DNA of 64,000 nt from an uncultured virus (IMG/VR IMGVR_UViG_3300021087_000011) (lineage: Duplodnaviria > Heunggongvirae > Uroviricota > Caudoviricetes). The translations under genes and the position numbers were made by a program. The DNA lies in the IMG/VR virus record IMGVR_UViG_3300021087_000011; one strand, written 5' to 3'. Positions 54,196 through 63,992 of this stretch are shown piece by piece (position 1 is the first letter of the stretch; each line of letters opens with the position of its first letter). The notes below the pieces were generated by a model. That model did not search any database. It had not been told where the DNA came from and worked only from the letters and a program-made list of their open reading frames with translations.

Positions 54196-56154
54196 CTAAC
54201 CCGCTAGATTCCAGGCCCTACGCGATTCATCGGAAGCAAGTTGCGGACGCACTTTGGCCAATAGATATGTGAAATGACTAACCAAGGCAGACTTGAATGC
54301 TGCCAATCGAGCATCGTCTTCTTCTATACGCAAAGAGTAAGAGATTTCTTTAGAGATTGACTCTCTACTGTCAAGATTGATTGCTTTGATTCTATCCATT
54401 TGAGAGTTGATGTGTGTAACGACATCTTCGGCCAGGGGCGGATGATTTTCTGCTGATTTGCCCAAGTATGACTCTGTTGCATCTTTAACAATTGCATTTA
54501 GAACTGGACGGATGTCCTCATCCATCTGCTTGTCCCAAACGTCTTGGGGCATAAGCAAATCAACTACAAGGCTTCCTTTAGACAGTGCCTTCCGGGCTTT
54601 GGCTCCAGCGGCTTTTTCTAAAACCACCCTCTGTTGGCGCTCGAATAAACGTTCGACACTTCGATCCAGAATTCCTGACCACCTATTCAAATCGGAATCC
54701 ATGGAATCAGTTTTGAATTCCATACCTCCGACCTCTTCAGATAACTGCTGTGGTGCGGTTGCCGCCTGAGCGGCCATAGCGCCCTGCATGGTGTTTGGAT
54801 CCATTGGGGCTTCCGCTGGTACCATCCCTCCGGGAGGAGCCTCCTGGGGCGCTCCTGGGGGCGCTCCTGGCATTTGACCACCGGGTCCCATCGTTACATT
54901 GGGTTCCGGTTCCATTTCTTTGTGGGTATTCGCTATTGGGGTGAGGTTCGGATTTTGTAGCAGGGAATCTCCAAGATCAGAATGAACAATCTTGCGACCA
55001 GTTGCCTCCCGATATTCATTGGCACTGATTAGGCCAGTTTGAAATTCTTGAAGAACATAACGTGATCGCTCTTGTCGATACATCGTGAGGGTCGGAACTT
55101 CATCTAGGTCGAAGTCGACATAGTGCCTGTCGTCTAAGTCATCTAGAGCGCGAGCGATGTGTTGAAGGTGGGGTGCCATGGTCTCGCTCCAGAACACTCG
55201 GATTTCCTCGCCTGCATTACTGAAGGTTCTTCCGGAGGCGTTGCCGATGACCGACTCAGGCACTCCGAAGGAGGCCAAAATCTCTTCTTTTGTGATCTGC
55301 CTCATTTGGATATAAGCGGAATCACGAGGACTTGCAGAGGTGTCGACATAATCGACACCATCATCGGCGGCGATAACGGTGGTCGCTCCTGCTCGGCCCA
55401 AGTTTCCTCGGAACCTGTTTCTCAGTTCGTTCCGGTCGTCATCATCAATTTCTCCCTTGACTACGAGCAGTCCTCCGGGACGACCATCGTTGAGGAGGTA
55501 GTTCCGGTTGTACAACTTGGCAAGGTTTTCGATTTCAATAGCCACCCCAGCGGCTTCCATTGGAGTCATGGAGAGGTATGGGTCGAGTGGGTGTGGTCGA
55601 CGAATCCATATGACGCTTTCGGGAGGCATAATCACCTTCCGACCATCCGGCATGGCAACCTCGTACCCGGAGACAAATCGCTTGGGGTGGGGGATGGGTG
55701 CCGTGGTTTGAGGAGGAAGCAGGTTGAGACCGATTACCCGACCGTCGCGTCCTCTGATCTTTTCAACGAATGCGCCACGCGTCCCCATGAGGAGTTGTGA
55801 TGACAGTCGGTATCGAAAGATGAAAGAATTTTCTCCGATATTAGATTTAGTATTCAGGAGATCTAATATGGAATCTTTCTTAAGTCTTTTACTTGTTACA
55901 ATTTCGCCATCGGGTGAATTGTCTTTTCGAAGGATTACGGGAAGGCGTGCTTGGTTGCCCGCGATGGCATCGATACATCGGGCCACCCATGTAACTTTTT
56001 GCATGCCCTCTCGTTGGGCGCGTTCAATGTCCCATGAATCACGATAAGGCTGACCGGTGAGGTTGGGGTTTTGGGCTACCGGTGCGCCCGGACCTACAAT
56101 GGCCCTGCCTGCTGCCATTTGGTGCGATTTTGTTTCTGGAGAGTTCCAAGCCAT
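54196..56154 (-). CDS. portal protein, HK97 family, with C-terminal extension
   Basis: VARCIDAIA, LMGTRGAF, SMTPMEAA, NDGRPGG, ILASFGVP, ISANEYR. Confidence 0.95.
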   Translation of the reverse strand: MAWNSPETKSHQMAAGRAIVGPGAPVAQNPNLTGQPYRDSWDIERAQREGMQKVTWVARCIDAIAGNQARLPVILRKDNSPDGEIVTSKRLKKDSILDLLNTKSNIGENSFIFRYRLSSQLLMGTRGAFVEKIRGRDGRVIGLNLLPPQTTAPIPHPKRFVSGYEVAMPDGRKVIMPPESVIWIRRPHPLDPYLSMTPMEAAGVAIEIENLAKLYNRNYLLNDGRPGGLLVVKGEIDDDDRNELRNRFRGNLGRAGATTVIAADDGVDYVDTSASPRDSAYIQMRQITKEEILASFGVPESVIGNASGRTFSNAGEEIRVFWSETMAPHLQHIARALDDLDDRHYVDFDLDEVPTLTMYRQERSRYVLQEFQTGLISANEYREATGRKIVHSDLGDSLLQNPNLTPIANTHKEMEPEPNVTMGPGGQMPGAPPGAPQEAPPGGMVPAEAPMDPNTMQGAMAAQAATAPQQLSEEVGGMEFKTDSMDSDLNRWSGILDRSVERLFERQQRVVLEKAAGAKARKALSKGSLVVDLLMPQDVWDKQMDEDIRPVLNAIVKDATESYLGKSAENHPPLAEDVVTHINSQMDRIKAINLDSRESISKEISYSLRIEEDDARLAAFKSALVSHFTYLLAKVRPQLASDESRRAWNLAG

Positions 56155-56156
56155 AT

Positions 56157-56324
56157 TTACTCAAGACCTAATAGGAAGCCAAGGATCCCACATGTTGCGC
56201 CAGCGACTATTAACCCCCACGAGGGTTGAATCATCCACGCGCCGATGCTTGTGAATATAATAAAGGATACCATTAGAGCATTTGCTGCATTTGCCCGACC
56301 AAACAGGGCTCTTAGCCAGTTCAT
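56157..56324 (-). CDS. small membrane protein upstream of portal (55 aa, not in the ORF track)
   Basis: Hand-translated MNWLRALFGRANAANALMVSFIIFTSIGAWMIQPSWGLIVAGATCGILGFLLGLE*. Confidence 0.7.
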   Translation of the reverse strand: MNWLRALFGRANAANALMVSFIIFTSIGAWMIQPSWGLIVAGATCGILGFLLGLE

Positions 56325-56386
56325 GGGTGTTACCCTAGCGCACTCGCCAGCCTGCTCTAGAATGTATGAGAACTGGAGTTGTGATC

Positions 56387-57691
56387 ATGGCTGATTGGGA
56401 AAGCATTTTAGAATTTCTACAACCGAAGGAGTCTCCATATTGTCCGGAGACTGCTTCGTTGACGCAGAAAGTATTTCTGCGCACCTACTCCATGGAGGCC
56501 CTGTTCGGCGGTGCGGCCGGCGGGGGCAAATCTTCCGCACTACTCATGTCGGCATTGCAATATGTGGACGTGCCAAATTACTCCGCCATTATCTTTCGTC
56601 GCACCTACGCCGACCTTGCCCTACCCGGCGCCATCATGGATCGCTTCACTTCATGGATTGGCAACGCAGATGACGTGTCGTGGAATGGATCCCTGTATGT
56701 GGCCACATTCCCATCGGGTGCCCGAATCTCATTCGGCTACCTAAACAACAGCCAGGACTACCTGCGCTACAAGGGAGCGGAGTTCCAGTTCATTGGGATG
56801 GACGAGGTCACTGAGATCAGGGAACACGATTACCGCTACCTCTTCTCTCGACTGCGGCGACCAGCAACAGGTCCCGTCTCTCAAGTTCCACTTCGGATGA
56901 GGTGTGCTTCCAACCCTGCACCCAATTGGGTAAGACAACGGTTCATAGTGGAAGGCGATACCACGGGCCGAGTCTTTGTCCCATCACTGCTTACCGACAA
57001 TCCGGGTATCGACGCTGAGTCCTATCGTCAATCACTCCAGGCGTTGGACCCTGTAGAACGCAAGAGGCTCGAAGAGGGTGATTGGTGGTCAACCACATTG
57101 GGGACCATGTTCGACAGGGAGTCTGTTGTTCTTCTAGAAGGCGACGAGGTGCCGACACTGACACCCCGAGCAAAGGCAGTTCGATTTTGGGACCTTGCGG
57201 CATCAGAGCCATCTCCCTCTTATCCGGACCCTGACTGGACAGTAGGAACTTTGATGCTCTTCGATGAGGGAATTTCCTATGTCCTGGATGTCAAGAAGAT
57301 CCGCCATCGGGGAGAAAAGGTCGAACAGTTCATCGCCCAGACGGCATATGAGGATGGGGTGTCAGTCCCTATCCGAATGGAACAAGAGCCAGGGTCCGCA
57401 GGTAAAGCACTCATCAACCAGTACGCAAGATTTGTTGTGCCGGGATTCGATATCCACGGCATCCGGTCGACCGGTGACAAGGTGACTCGTGCGCGTCCAT
57501 TCGCTGCGGCCATCGCCAATGGCAACGTGAGGGTGGTAAGGGGCACATGGCTAACTGACTGGCTCGATGAATTGTCGTCGTTCCCGGAAGCCTGTCCCCA
57601 TGATGACCAGGTTGACTCGGCGACGGGAGCCTTCTCATTTCTTACAGGTTTAGGCTTGCCTCAACGCAAACGGGCGGCTATTCTGGCCTAA
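56387..57691 (+). CDS. terL: terminase large subunit
   Basis: Walker A GGAAGGGKS, Walker B FIGMDE, ASNP, nuclease WDLA and HDDQVD. Confidence 0.95.
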   Translation: MADWESILEFLQPKESPYCPETASLTQKVFLRTYSMEALFGGAAGGGKSSALLMSALQYVDVPNYSAIIFRRTYADLALPGAIMDRFTSWIGNADDVSWNGSLYVATFPSGARISFGYLNNSQDYLRYKGAEFQFIGMDEVTEIREHDYRYLFSRLRRPATGPVSQVPLRMRCASNPAPNWVRQRFIVEGDTTGRVFVPSLLTDNPGIDAESYRQSLQALDPVERKRLEEGDWWSTTLGTMFDRESVVLLEGDEVPTLTPRAKAVRFWDLAASEPSPSYPDPDWTVGTLMLFDEGISYVLDVKKIRHRGEKVEQFIAQTAYEDGVSVPIRMEQEPGSAGKALINQYARFVVPGFDIHGIRSTGDKVTRARPFAAAIANGNVRVVRGTWLTDWLDELSSFPEACPHDDQVDSATGAFSFLTGLGLPQRKRAAILA

Positions 57692-57707
57692 ATAGTATGG
57701 AGGCCAA

Positions 57708-58205
57708 ATGACACCTGAAGATGTCCGGGCGTTGCGGATGGAAATCACCGCCCTCGATTCCAAGTTGCTTGAATATACGAAAGCCGACCATCCGGTCGAA
57801 GATTCAGCCAACCTATTACTCGAATTGAATCTCGCCAAACGGGATATGGGGGATCTCTACAACACCCTGTCTGCTTGGATTGGTGGCGTCATGGAGAGCA
57901 ACCAGTTGCTGCCACTCAGGAATGGCGCACAGGTAGAACGCAAGATGTCCTCTAGCCGTTCTGGATGGCAACACAAGGATCTCGCCCGAGACGTGATCGG
58001 GCGTATCGAAGAATCGTCCGTTGATATGGGGACGGGCGAAGTTGTTATGACTCCGACCGAGATGGTCTTGAAGATGATGGACTACTGTCAGCCGTCCTAT
58101 TGGAGGGTGGGGGAACTCAACAAGATCGGATTGAACCCCGACAATTATTGTTCGGGATCTGAAAGCAAGATAAGTGTGATTGTCAGAAGGGGCGACGCAG
58201 AATGA
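57708..58205 (+). CDS. hypothetical protein
   Basis: 165-aa ORF with GGAGG RBS. Confidence 0.8.
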   Translation: MTPEDVRALRMEITALDSKLLEYTKADHPVEDSANLLLELNLAKRDMGDLYNTLSAWIGGVMESNQLLPLRNGAQVERKMSSSRSGWQHKDLARDVIGRIEESSVDMGTGEVVMTPTEMVLKMMDYCQPSYWRVGELNKIGLNPDNYCSGSESKISVIVRRGDAE

Positions 58206-58840
58206 GTAAAGATCTATTAAAACAACTATCCACACCATTTCCAGAAGAACTGGAAGGCACCCTGAACAAAGGGGGAATGGCCTTCAGGTTTGTTTCGGTC
58301 AACGAGGTCATTGCGCGCCTCAACGAAGTGCTTGGGGTCGAGAACTGGACCTTTGAGGTCATCTCTTGTGAGCGCACCCTTGAGGGGGGCGACAACATCA
58401 TTGCCCATGTCCGCCTATCGGCTCTTGTCGAGGGTAAGTCACTTCAAAGGGATGCGTATGGTGGTGCAGAGGTCAAGGCAAAGAAGAACGGGGGTCTCCT
58501 CGATTTAGGCAACGATCACAAAATCGCTGTTTCCGACGGCCTAAAGAAGGCTGCCTCCATGATCGGTGTGGGTCTATACCTCTACCGTTCCGAAGAAGCC
58601 CTCGCCCACGAGGCCCACACTTCTGAAGATCCAGAAGCGAGGGAGTTGTACGACAACTTCAGCAGCCTGATTGCCAAGTTTGATAAACCCCAAAAGGAAG
58701 AGGTGGCGATCTTCTGGAAAGAGCATGCAGGGGAACGCCCCAAGCCGAAGCCCGACGCTATGGGTAGTGTCGAAGATCTAACGGCCTTAGTTGAGAAGTG
58801 TGTCGCCATTTCCTTTGGCGCGGAAACCGTCAATGAGTGA
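58202..58840 (+). CDS. Rad52/Sak-family single-strand annealing protein
   Basis: LSTPF, VIARLNEVLGVENW, AVSDGLKKAASMIGVGLYLY. Confidence 0.9.
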   Translation: MSKDLLKQLSTPFPEELEGTLNKGGMAFRFVSVNEVIARLNEVLGVENWTFEVISCERTLEGGDNIIAHVRLSALVEGKSLQRDAYGGAEVKAKKNGGLLDLGNDHKIAVSDGLKKAASMIGVGLYLYRSEEALAHEAHTSEDPEARELYDNFSSLIAKFDKPQKEEVAIFWKEHAGERPKPKPDAMGSVEDLTALVEKCVAISFGAETVNE

Positions 58841-58988
58841 GCCGGTCGTGAAGTTTCCCAAAAACTCGATGTACCGCTGCCCGTCGTGCACGTTGCATTA
58901 CATAGGGGGTAGGTCCGCGGAAAGGTACGACTCTTCCTGTAATGTCTGCGGCACCACCATCGACCCCAAAGGGGACCGCGTTAAATGA
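58833..58988 (+). CDS. small zinc-ribbon protein
   Basis: CPSC...CNVC. Confidence 0.6.
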   Translation: MSEPVVKFPKNSMYRCPSCTLHYIGGRSAERYDSSCNVCGTTIDPKGDRVK

Positions 58989-59095
58989 GCAACATCCGGA
59001 AGCCACAGTACGACACTTTTACCCGCAAACAATTATTGAAGTTTCGGGAAGAGGAAGCAGAGCGCATGAAAAAGGAAAAATCTAAAACAAAATAG
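58985..59095 (+). CDS. small basic protein (36 aa)
   Basis: ATGA overlap; hand-translated MSNIRKPQYDTFTRKQ... Confidence 0.4.
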   Translation: MSNIRKPQYDTFTRKQLLKFREEEAERMKKEKSKTK

Positions 59096-59107
59096 GGGTA
59101 CATATAT

Positions 59108-59620
59108 ATGAATACTTTAAATACGAAAGAAATGCTCCAACGGTTTCACGACCGAGCGGAGGCAGTGAAGGGGCGGAACATGCCGCCAGTAGCGGGGGTT
59201 GAACGCCAAAGATTTATTAAACAGGCCGAACTTGATTATCAAGACTTTGCCTTGATTGCAGATGCTCAGATCAGTTTGGAGGGAGGGGTTTTGACGGTCG
59301 ACCTGCGACCTGCGATTTGTGATGCCACGATTCGAAAATCACCGACAGGGATCGTCGACAAGACTGCAGAGCATGAAACCCGAGCGGCCATGGACAACAT
59401 CGCCAGCGCCCTCCCGACCGACGGTGCCAAGATCACTCCCAAGATGCTCGACTCCAAAGCAGACCTACAGGACTTGATTGACGGAGCCGAGATGTTCAGA
59501 GTGGTTAAAACCATCGAACCGATCGACGTGGATGCATGTCCCGGTGCAGATCTAGCCAAACCTGTCCAATCCTCCATCCAGCCCGTAGGTTTCAGTTTGA
59601 CGCACGGGTATTTGATATGA
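59108..59620 (+). CDS. hypothetical protein
   Basis: 170-aa ORF coupled to the exonuclease gene. Confidence 0.75.
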   Translation: MNTLNTKEMLQRFHDRAEAVKGRNMPPVAGVERQRFIKQAELDYQDFALIADAQISLEGGVLTVDLRPAICDATIRKSPTGIVDKTAEHETRAAMDNIASALPTDGAKITPKMLDSKADLQDLIDGAEMFRVVKTIEPIDVDACPGADLAKPVQSSIQPVGFSLTHGYLI

Positions 59621-60384
59621 CTGCCGTAGCCCCTCCACACTTGTCGCCGTCATCGATGTCCACCTTCCGTCAATGTCCCCTCAAGTTCAAGTACAACAAG
59701 ATCGACAAAATCCCCGACCCTTCCGGCAAGGAAGCGTTGATGGGGAACTTTGTTCACGATGTTCTTGAAGAACTCTACGGCTTGCCCCCCGAAGATCGCT
59801 CCCAAGAACAAGCCCAGTCATTAGCAAGGAGCATATGGGATGGGCAAAATTGGGGACAGAGAGTCCACCCTCTGGTTCCAGACGAAGAAGAGTACCGAAT
59901 GTTCCGCTGGAAAGCGTGGTGGTGCATTGAGAACCTTTGGAAGATTGAAAACCCAGAACACGTTGAGCCTGACGGGTTGGAGTACGAACTCAACGGCGAA
60001 GTGTCTGGAGTGAAACTCAAAGGGTTCATCGACCGTTTCACTATGGACGAGAGCGGTGGGGTTGTTATTTCGGACTACAAGACAGGCAAGGTTCCACGAG
60101 AACAATATGTCGATGACCGATTTCTACAACTACGCATTTATGGAACGCTGGTAGACACTTTAGATATTGGACGTACTGCCAGCCTGGAACTGCTTTACCT
60201 CAAAGATGGGGTCAAATTCGAAGTTCCCTTTAGTGAGGAAGTCCTTATTAATACAAGCGCGTATGTGAGAGACGTAAAGGATGACATCGATAAAGCCTGC
60301 GCTACCGGAGATTTCCCTGCACAGAAATCTGTTTTATGTGGTTGGTGTAGTTACAAGGGGATATGTCCACTATGGAGCAACTGA
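59617..60384 (+). CDS. PD-(D/E)XK RecB/Cas4-like exonuclease
   Basis: LSPSS..QCP, GFIDR, DYKTG, QLRIY, CGWC.....CP. Confidence 0.92.
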   Translation: MTAVAPPHLSPSSMSTFRQCPLKFKYNKIDKIPDPSGKEALMGNFVHDVLEELYGLPPEDRSQEQAQSLARSIWDGQNWGQRVHPLVPDEEEYRMFRWKAWWCIENLWKIENPEHVEPDGLEYELNGEVSGVKLKGFIDRFTMDESGGVVISDYKTGKVPREQYVDDRFLQLRIYGTLVDTLDIGRTASLELLYLKDGVKFEVPFSEEVLINTSAYVRDVKDDIDKACATGDFPAQKSVLCGWCSYKGICPLWSN

Positions 60385-60908
60385 CTGGAGTAAAGGTAAG
60401 TATGATGCCTGACGAATTTTTTGCTCGCCTGGTTGCGGACGATGTTAAAAATCGTGTCACAGCCCAGCAAAGAAAAGAGTTGATGCTCGAAGATAATTGG
60501 GACCGCTGGAAAAGGGGTCTCTTATCCTTGATTGACAATCTTGAAGACCAGGTTGAAGACATCAAGATAGATGCCGAAGCGGATGCTGTCCGATATGGGG
60601 GCATGGGACGACACGGCAAGCGTTTGGCGGATGAGGCTGCGCGAGCCTATGAGATGCGGCAAACCAAGGTCGAGCGATTTCGTCTGCACGTTGAACGGCG
60701 TTTGGGTCAAGTGGAAAGCATGCTCAAAACAGGCCAGCCGATTGACGAGAACCCATGGGAGACGGTCGAGTTCTACCGTCGGGCAATCGTGACCCATCGG
60801 AACATGCTCAATGATTTCGACTTAGAGGACACGGCTATAGACCGAGCCCTATGGGCCACTCTTGAGAACCGCTGGGACTTCGATGCGTTAGACCCGTCGG
60901 CCCTGTAA
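60363..60908 (+). CDS. hypothetical helical protein
   Basis: Long ORF in the operon; start uncertain. Confidence 0.75.
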   Translation: MSTMEQLTGVKVSMMPDEFFARLVADDVKNRVTAQQRKELMLEDNWDRWKRGLLSLIDNLEDQVEDIKIDAEADAVRYGGMGRHGKRLADEAARAYEMRQTKVERFRLHVERRLGQVESMLKTGQPIDENPWETVEFYRRAIVTHRNMLNDFDLEDTAIDRALWATLENRWDFDALDPSAL

Positions 60909-61210
60909 TGAGAAGTCGTAGCAAAAAGAAACAGCGCGAGTATGTTGAGCGGCGCAAGTTGGTTAAACGGCTACTGGAAGATCGTCCGTATTGTGAAGCC
61001 TGTCCAGTCTTCGCAGAACATGATCAGGCCGGATCATATGTCCGTAATGGCAGTGTTGATATCCACGAATTGAAGCGTCGTTCTCAAGGGGGGTCCATTA
61101 CAGATGAGTCAAACTGTATGGCGGTCTGTCGCCCCTGCCATCGACGGATTGGCGACTACCCCGAACTGGCCGTTGATCTTGGTCTTGCCAAAAGGAGTTG
61201 GATGGGATGA
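60908..61210 (+). CDS. HNH endonuclease-like protein
   Basis: CEAC..DIHE..RSQGG..NCMAVCRPCH. Confidence 0.85.
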   Translation: MRSRSKKKQREYVERRKLVKRLLEDRPYCEACPVFAEHDQAGSYVRNGSVDIHELKRRSQGGSITDESNCMAVCRPCHRRIGDYPELAVDLGLAKRSWMG

Positions 61211-61758
61211 AGATCATGGGTTTGGACTTATCTCTCACCTCAACGGGAATTTGCATGGGAGACGATAACTGTGTTGCATATCACTCTTACGACGAAGACA
61301 CGGACCGACTGAGGGATATAAGAGACTTCGTAATAGGGTTGTGCATAGAGAACGATGTCAAGTGTGTAGTTATGGAAGGTTACTCTTTTGGCTCACGCAA
61401 CAGGGCACATGCTCTGGGTGAGTTGGGAGGAGTTATGAAGGTGGCGTTTGACGAGGCGTGGATTCCTTATGTGGTCGTGCCCCCCACCTCGCGAGCCAAG
61501 TTCGCTACTGGTCGGGGAAATGCCGGCAAGGCAGAAGTGGTTTCTGCCGTGTCATTCAGAACTCAACGTTCTTGGTCAGGCAAGGGTATAGATGATCGTA
61601 TCGATGCTTGGGTGCTCCGGGAAATGGGTCTTCACCGATTGGGTCAGAGTGAGTATGAATGGCCTGTTGAAAATGTCAAGGCCCTCGATGGTATCGAGTG
61701 GGAGCCATTGTTAATGATGGCAGGAGTAGAGAATGGTGAACCGATCACAGCCGATTAG
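61207..61758 (+). CDS. RuvC-like Holliday junction resolvase
   Basis: IMGLDLSLTSTG, VMEGYS, KFATGRGNAGK, DRIDA. Confidence 0.9.
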   Translation: MKIMGLDLSLTSTGICMGDDNCVAYHSYDEDTDRLRDIRDFVIGLCIENDVKCVVMEGYSFGSRNRAHALGELGGVMKVAFDEAWIPYVVVPPTSRAKFATGRGNAGKAEVVSAVSFRTQRSWSGKGIDDRIDAWVLREMGLHRLGQSEYEWPVENVKALDGIEWEPLLMMAGVENGEPITAD

Positions 61759-62080
61759 TCAGGTCGACATTGAGCATCAACTCATGTACCTGATCGAATC
61801 ATTAGAAGGCGAGACAGAAGCGTTTGAGCAATTAGCAGAAGACGCCGCGAAAAAGGAGTCCCGCTACAAAGCCAGTTGGGCCAAGGAATACCTGTCGGCC
61901 AAGGGGTCGATTAAAGAGCGAGAGTCTTGGGCCGACTACAAGTTGGCAGACACCCAGTTTGACTTCAAGTGTGCCGAGGCTCTCGTCAAGGCCAAGCGAG
62001 AAAAACTGCTGTCACTGCGGACCTCGATTGATGCCATGCGAACGCTCAATGCAAATGTCAGATTCCAAGTGGGTCCATGA
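61733..62080 (+). CDS. hypothetical coiled-coil protein
   Basis: 115-aa helical ORF. Confidence 0.7.
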   Translation: MVNRSQPISQVDIEHQLMYLIESLEGETEAFEQLAEDAAKKESRYKASWAKEYLSAKGSIKERESWADYKLADTQFDFKCAEALVKAKREKLLSLRTSIDAMRTLNANVRFQVGP

Positions 62081-62865
62081 TGGAACATAATGCGAATGAA
62101 GCGTTGGGCGACATGCTTGTTCCTTTGGATGAGTTGACACCGCTGGAACATAACCCGCGTGTGGGAAATGTCGAAGCCATCATGGCTTCATATGAAGAAT
62201 TTGGTCAAGTGAAACCGGTTGTGATTAGGCCAAACCAGGATGGCACTTCCACTGTCATCGCCGGGAACCATCAGGTTGAAGCGGTTAGGCGGCTTGGGTG
62301 GACTCATATCGCTGCGGTTTCGATTGATGCCGACGATAAGCGAGCGGTTGCGTTTGCTCTCGCAGACAACCGGACGATGGAGTTGGGGTATACGGACCCG
62401 GCTCAGGCTTCGGAAATGATTATCGAAATTGTTGATGAATACAACGATTTAATGGAGAGTCTCCAATGGGACGATTTTGAGATTGCATATTACGAAGAGC
62501 AATCTCAAAAAACCAAATCCAACGACAGCGACGGAATTGGTTTTATTACTCCGGCAATAGGGGAAGTGGTTGGGGCCGCAGCAGAGATGTTGGCTGGAAT
62601 GGTTCAAGAGGGCGAGGATGGAGAACGACAAATCGTCGCTGACGACTCGATGGATCATGCTGATGTCGCAGTACAGGGGAGTACCGCTCTCGTTCCAGGT
62701 GCTGCCCCTCGTGCGGTAGTCCAATACACAATTGTTTTCGATGATCCCGACCAGCAGAAGCGGTGGTACGACTTTGTCCGATGGCTTCGAAACAACCCGG
62801 GTTATGACGGAGCCACCACGGGACAGAAGATTCTTTCGTTTATAGACTCCCATTCAGAAGTATGA
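62077..62865 (+). CDS. ParB/Srx-like protein
   Basis: HNPR.G, FGQVKPVV, VIAGNH, ALADNRT. Confidence 0.9.
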   Translation: MMEHNANEALGDMLVPLDELTPLEHNPRVGNVEAIMASYEEFGQVKPVVIRPNQDGTSTVIAGNHQVEAVRRLGWTHIAAVSIDADDKRAVAFALADNRTMELGYTDPAQASEMIIEIVDEYNDLMESLQWDDFEIAYYEEQSQKTKSNDSDGIGFITPAIGEVVGAAAEMLAGMVQEGEDGERQIVADDSMDHADVAVQGSTALVPGAAPRAVVQYTIVFDDPDQQKRWYDFVRWLRNNPGYDGATTGQKILSFIDSHSEV

Positions 62866-63992
62866 GCCGCCAAAGAATGTTTCTCGACATATCTTGTGTC
62901 GAGGCGGCTAGACAGAGAATCCGACACGTTTATGACACTTTCGATACGGTTTGCGTTCAATTCTCTGGGGGCAAAGACAGCACAGCGGCTCTGTATCTGG
63001 CCAAAGAGATTCACGAAGAGCGTGGTCTGGGTCCAGTAAAAGTCATCTTCCGTGATGAAGAGATGGTCAGCCCGCTTGTTGAGGAGTATGTCAATGAGGT
63101 CCGTCAGTTTGACTGGGTGGACATGGAGTGGTATTGCTTGCCGGTCGGTGCTGAAATTTGGGTGCTAGGCAGACGACAGTCTCTAATCATTTGGGATGAA
63201 GAGCGCGCAAAAGAAGGGAAATTGGTGCGCCCCATACCCGAATGGGCTATTACTGCATTTCATTTTGGTTTAGATCATTCCCAACCGTTGACCAAATCCA
63301 TGGATGAATACACCATGCAAGGCAAGGTCGGGCAGGTTGCTTTCATCACTGGAGTCCGAGCCTCCGAGTCCATGATTCGTTACAGGTCGGTTGTCCAAAA
63401 GTTGCATGAGAACTACATCAACAACCCTTACAAGTTGAGTAAGAGTGTTCCCCTCAAGTTGGCCAAGATCATCTACGACTGGAATGTAAATGATGTTTTC
63501 AGGTTCATCTCAGAAGAACACAACGCCCCCTACTGTAAGTACTACGACCGCGCTGTAGCCACTGGTTCCAATACAAGGGTTGGGGTTCCATTGCATGCAG
63601 TCGCCATCCGGCGAATTGGTGACCTTGTAGCGACCGAGCCGGAGTTCTTTGACCGCCTCTGCGAGTGCTTCCCTCAGATAGATGCCCAACGTCGATGGTG
63701 GAAAGACGTTGATGTAGAGAAATTCATCGCCCTCTACTCAGAGGAGGGGTGGGAAGGTGTCTCAGATTTCATTAATACCTACATGATTGGACCCGGAAAC
63801 ACTAAACGGGCAATGGCAATCGCCGCAGAGTTTCGCCGCAAACACGCTCGCGACCCATACTCATACCCATTCGAAAACCTGTTGCGCCATTTACTACTGA
63901 AGGAAATTGGTAGCGCCAGGTCGGTTACCCCCGTGGGACCCAAAACGCGTGCCCACACATTACGAATGAAGGAGATGGCGGATGGAGATTGA
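62862..63992 (+). CDS. PAPS reductase family (YbdN/IbrA-like) protein
   Basis: PP-loop VQFSGGKDS, FRDEE, GVRASES..R, IYDW. Confidence 0.88.
   Translation: MSRQRMFLDISCVEAARQRIRHVYDTFDTVCVQFSGGKDSTAALYLAKEIHEERGLGPVKVIFRDEEMVSPLVEEYVNEVRQFDWVDMEWYCLPVGAEIWVLGRRQSLIIWDEERAKEGKLVRPIPEWAITAFHFGLDHSQPLTKSMDEYTMQGKVGQVAFITGVRASESMIRYRSVVQKLHENYINNPYKLSKSVPLKLAKIIYDWNVNDVFRFISEEHNAPYCKYYDRAVATGSNTRVGVPLHAVAIRRIGDLVATEPEFFDRLCECFPQIDAQRRWWKDVDVEKFIALYSEEGWEGVSDFINTYMIGPGNTKRAMAIAAEFRRKHARDPYSYPFENLLRHLLLKEIGSARSVTPVGPKTRAHTLRMKEMADGD

Noticed and set aside
15487..55800. Many plus-strand ORFs opposite the giant genes
   Set aside because: Shadow ORFs antisense to long, motif-bearing minus-strand genes
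59617..60384. Cas4 as part of a CRISPR system
   Set aside because: No cas1/cas2 or CRISPR array; sits with Rad52/Sak and RuvC as a recombination exonuclease
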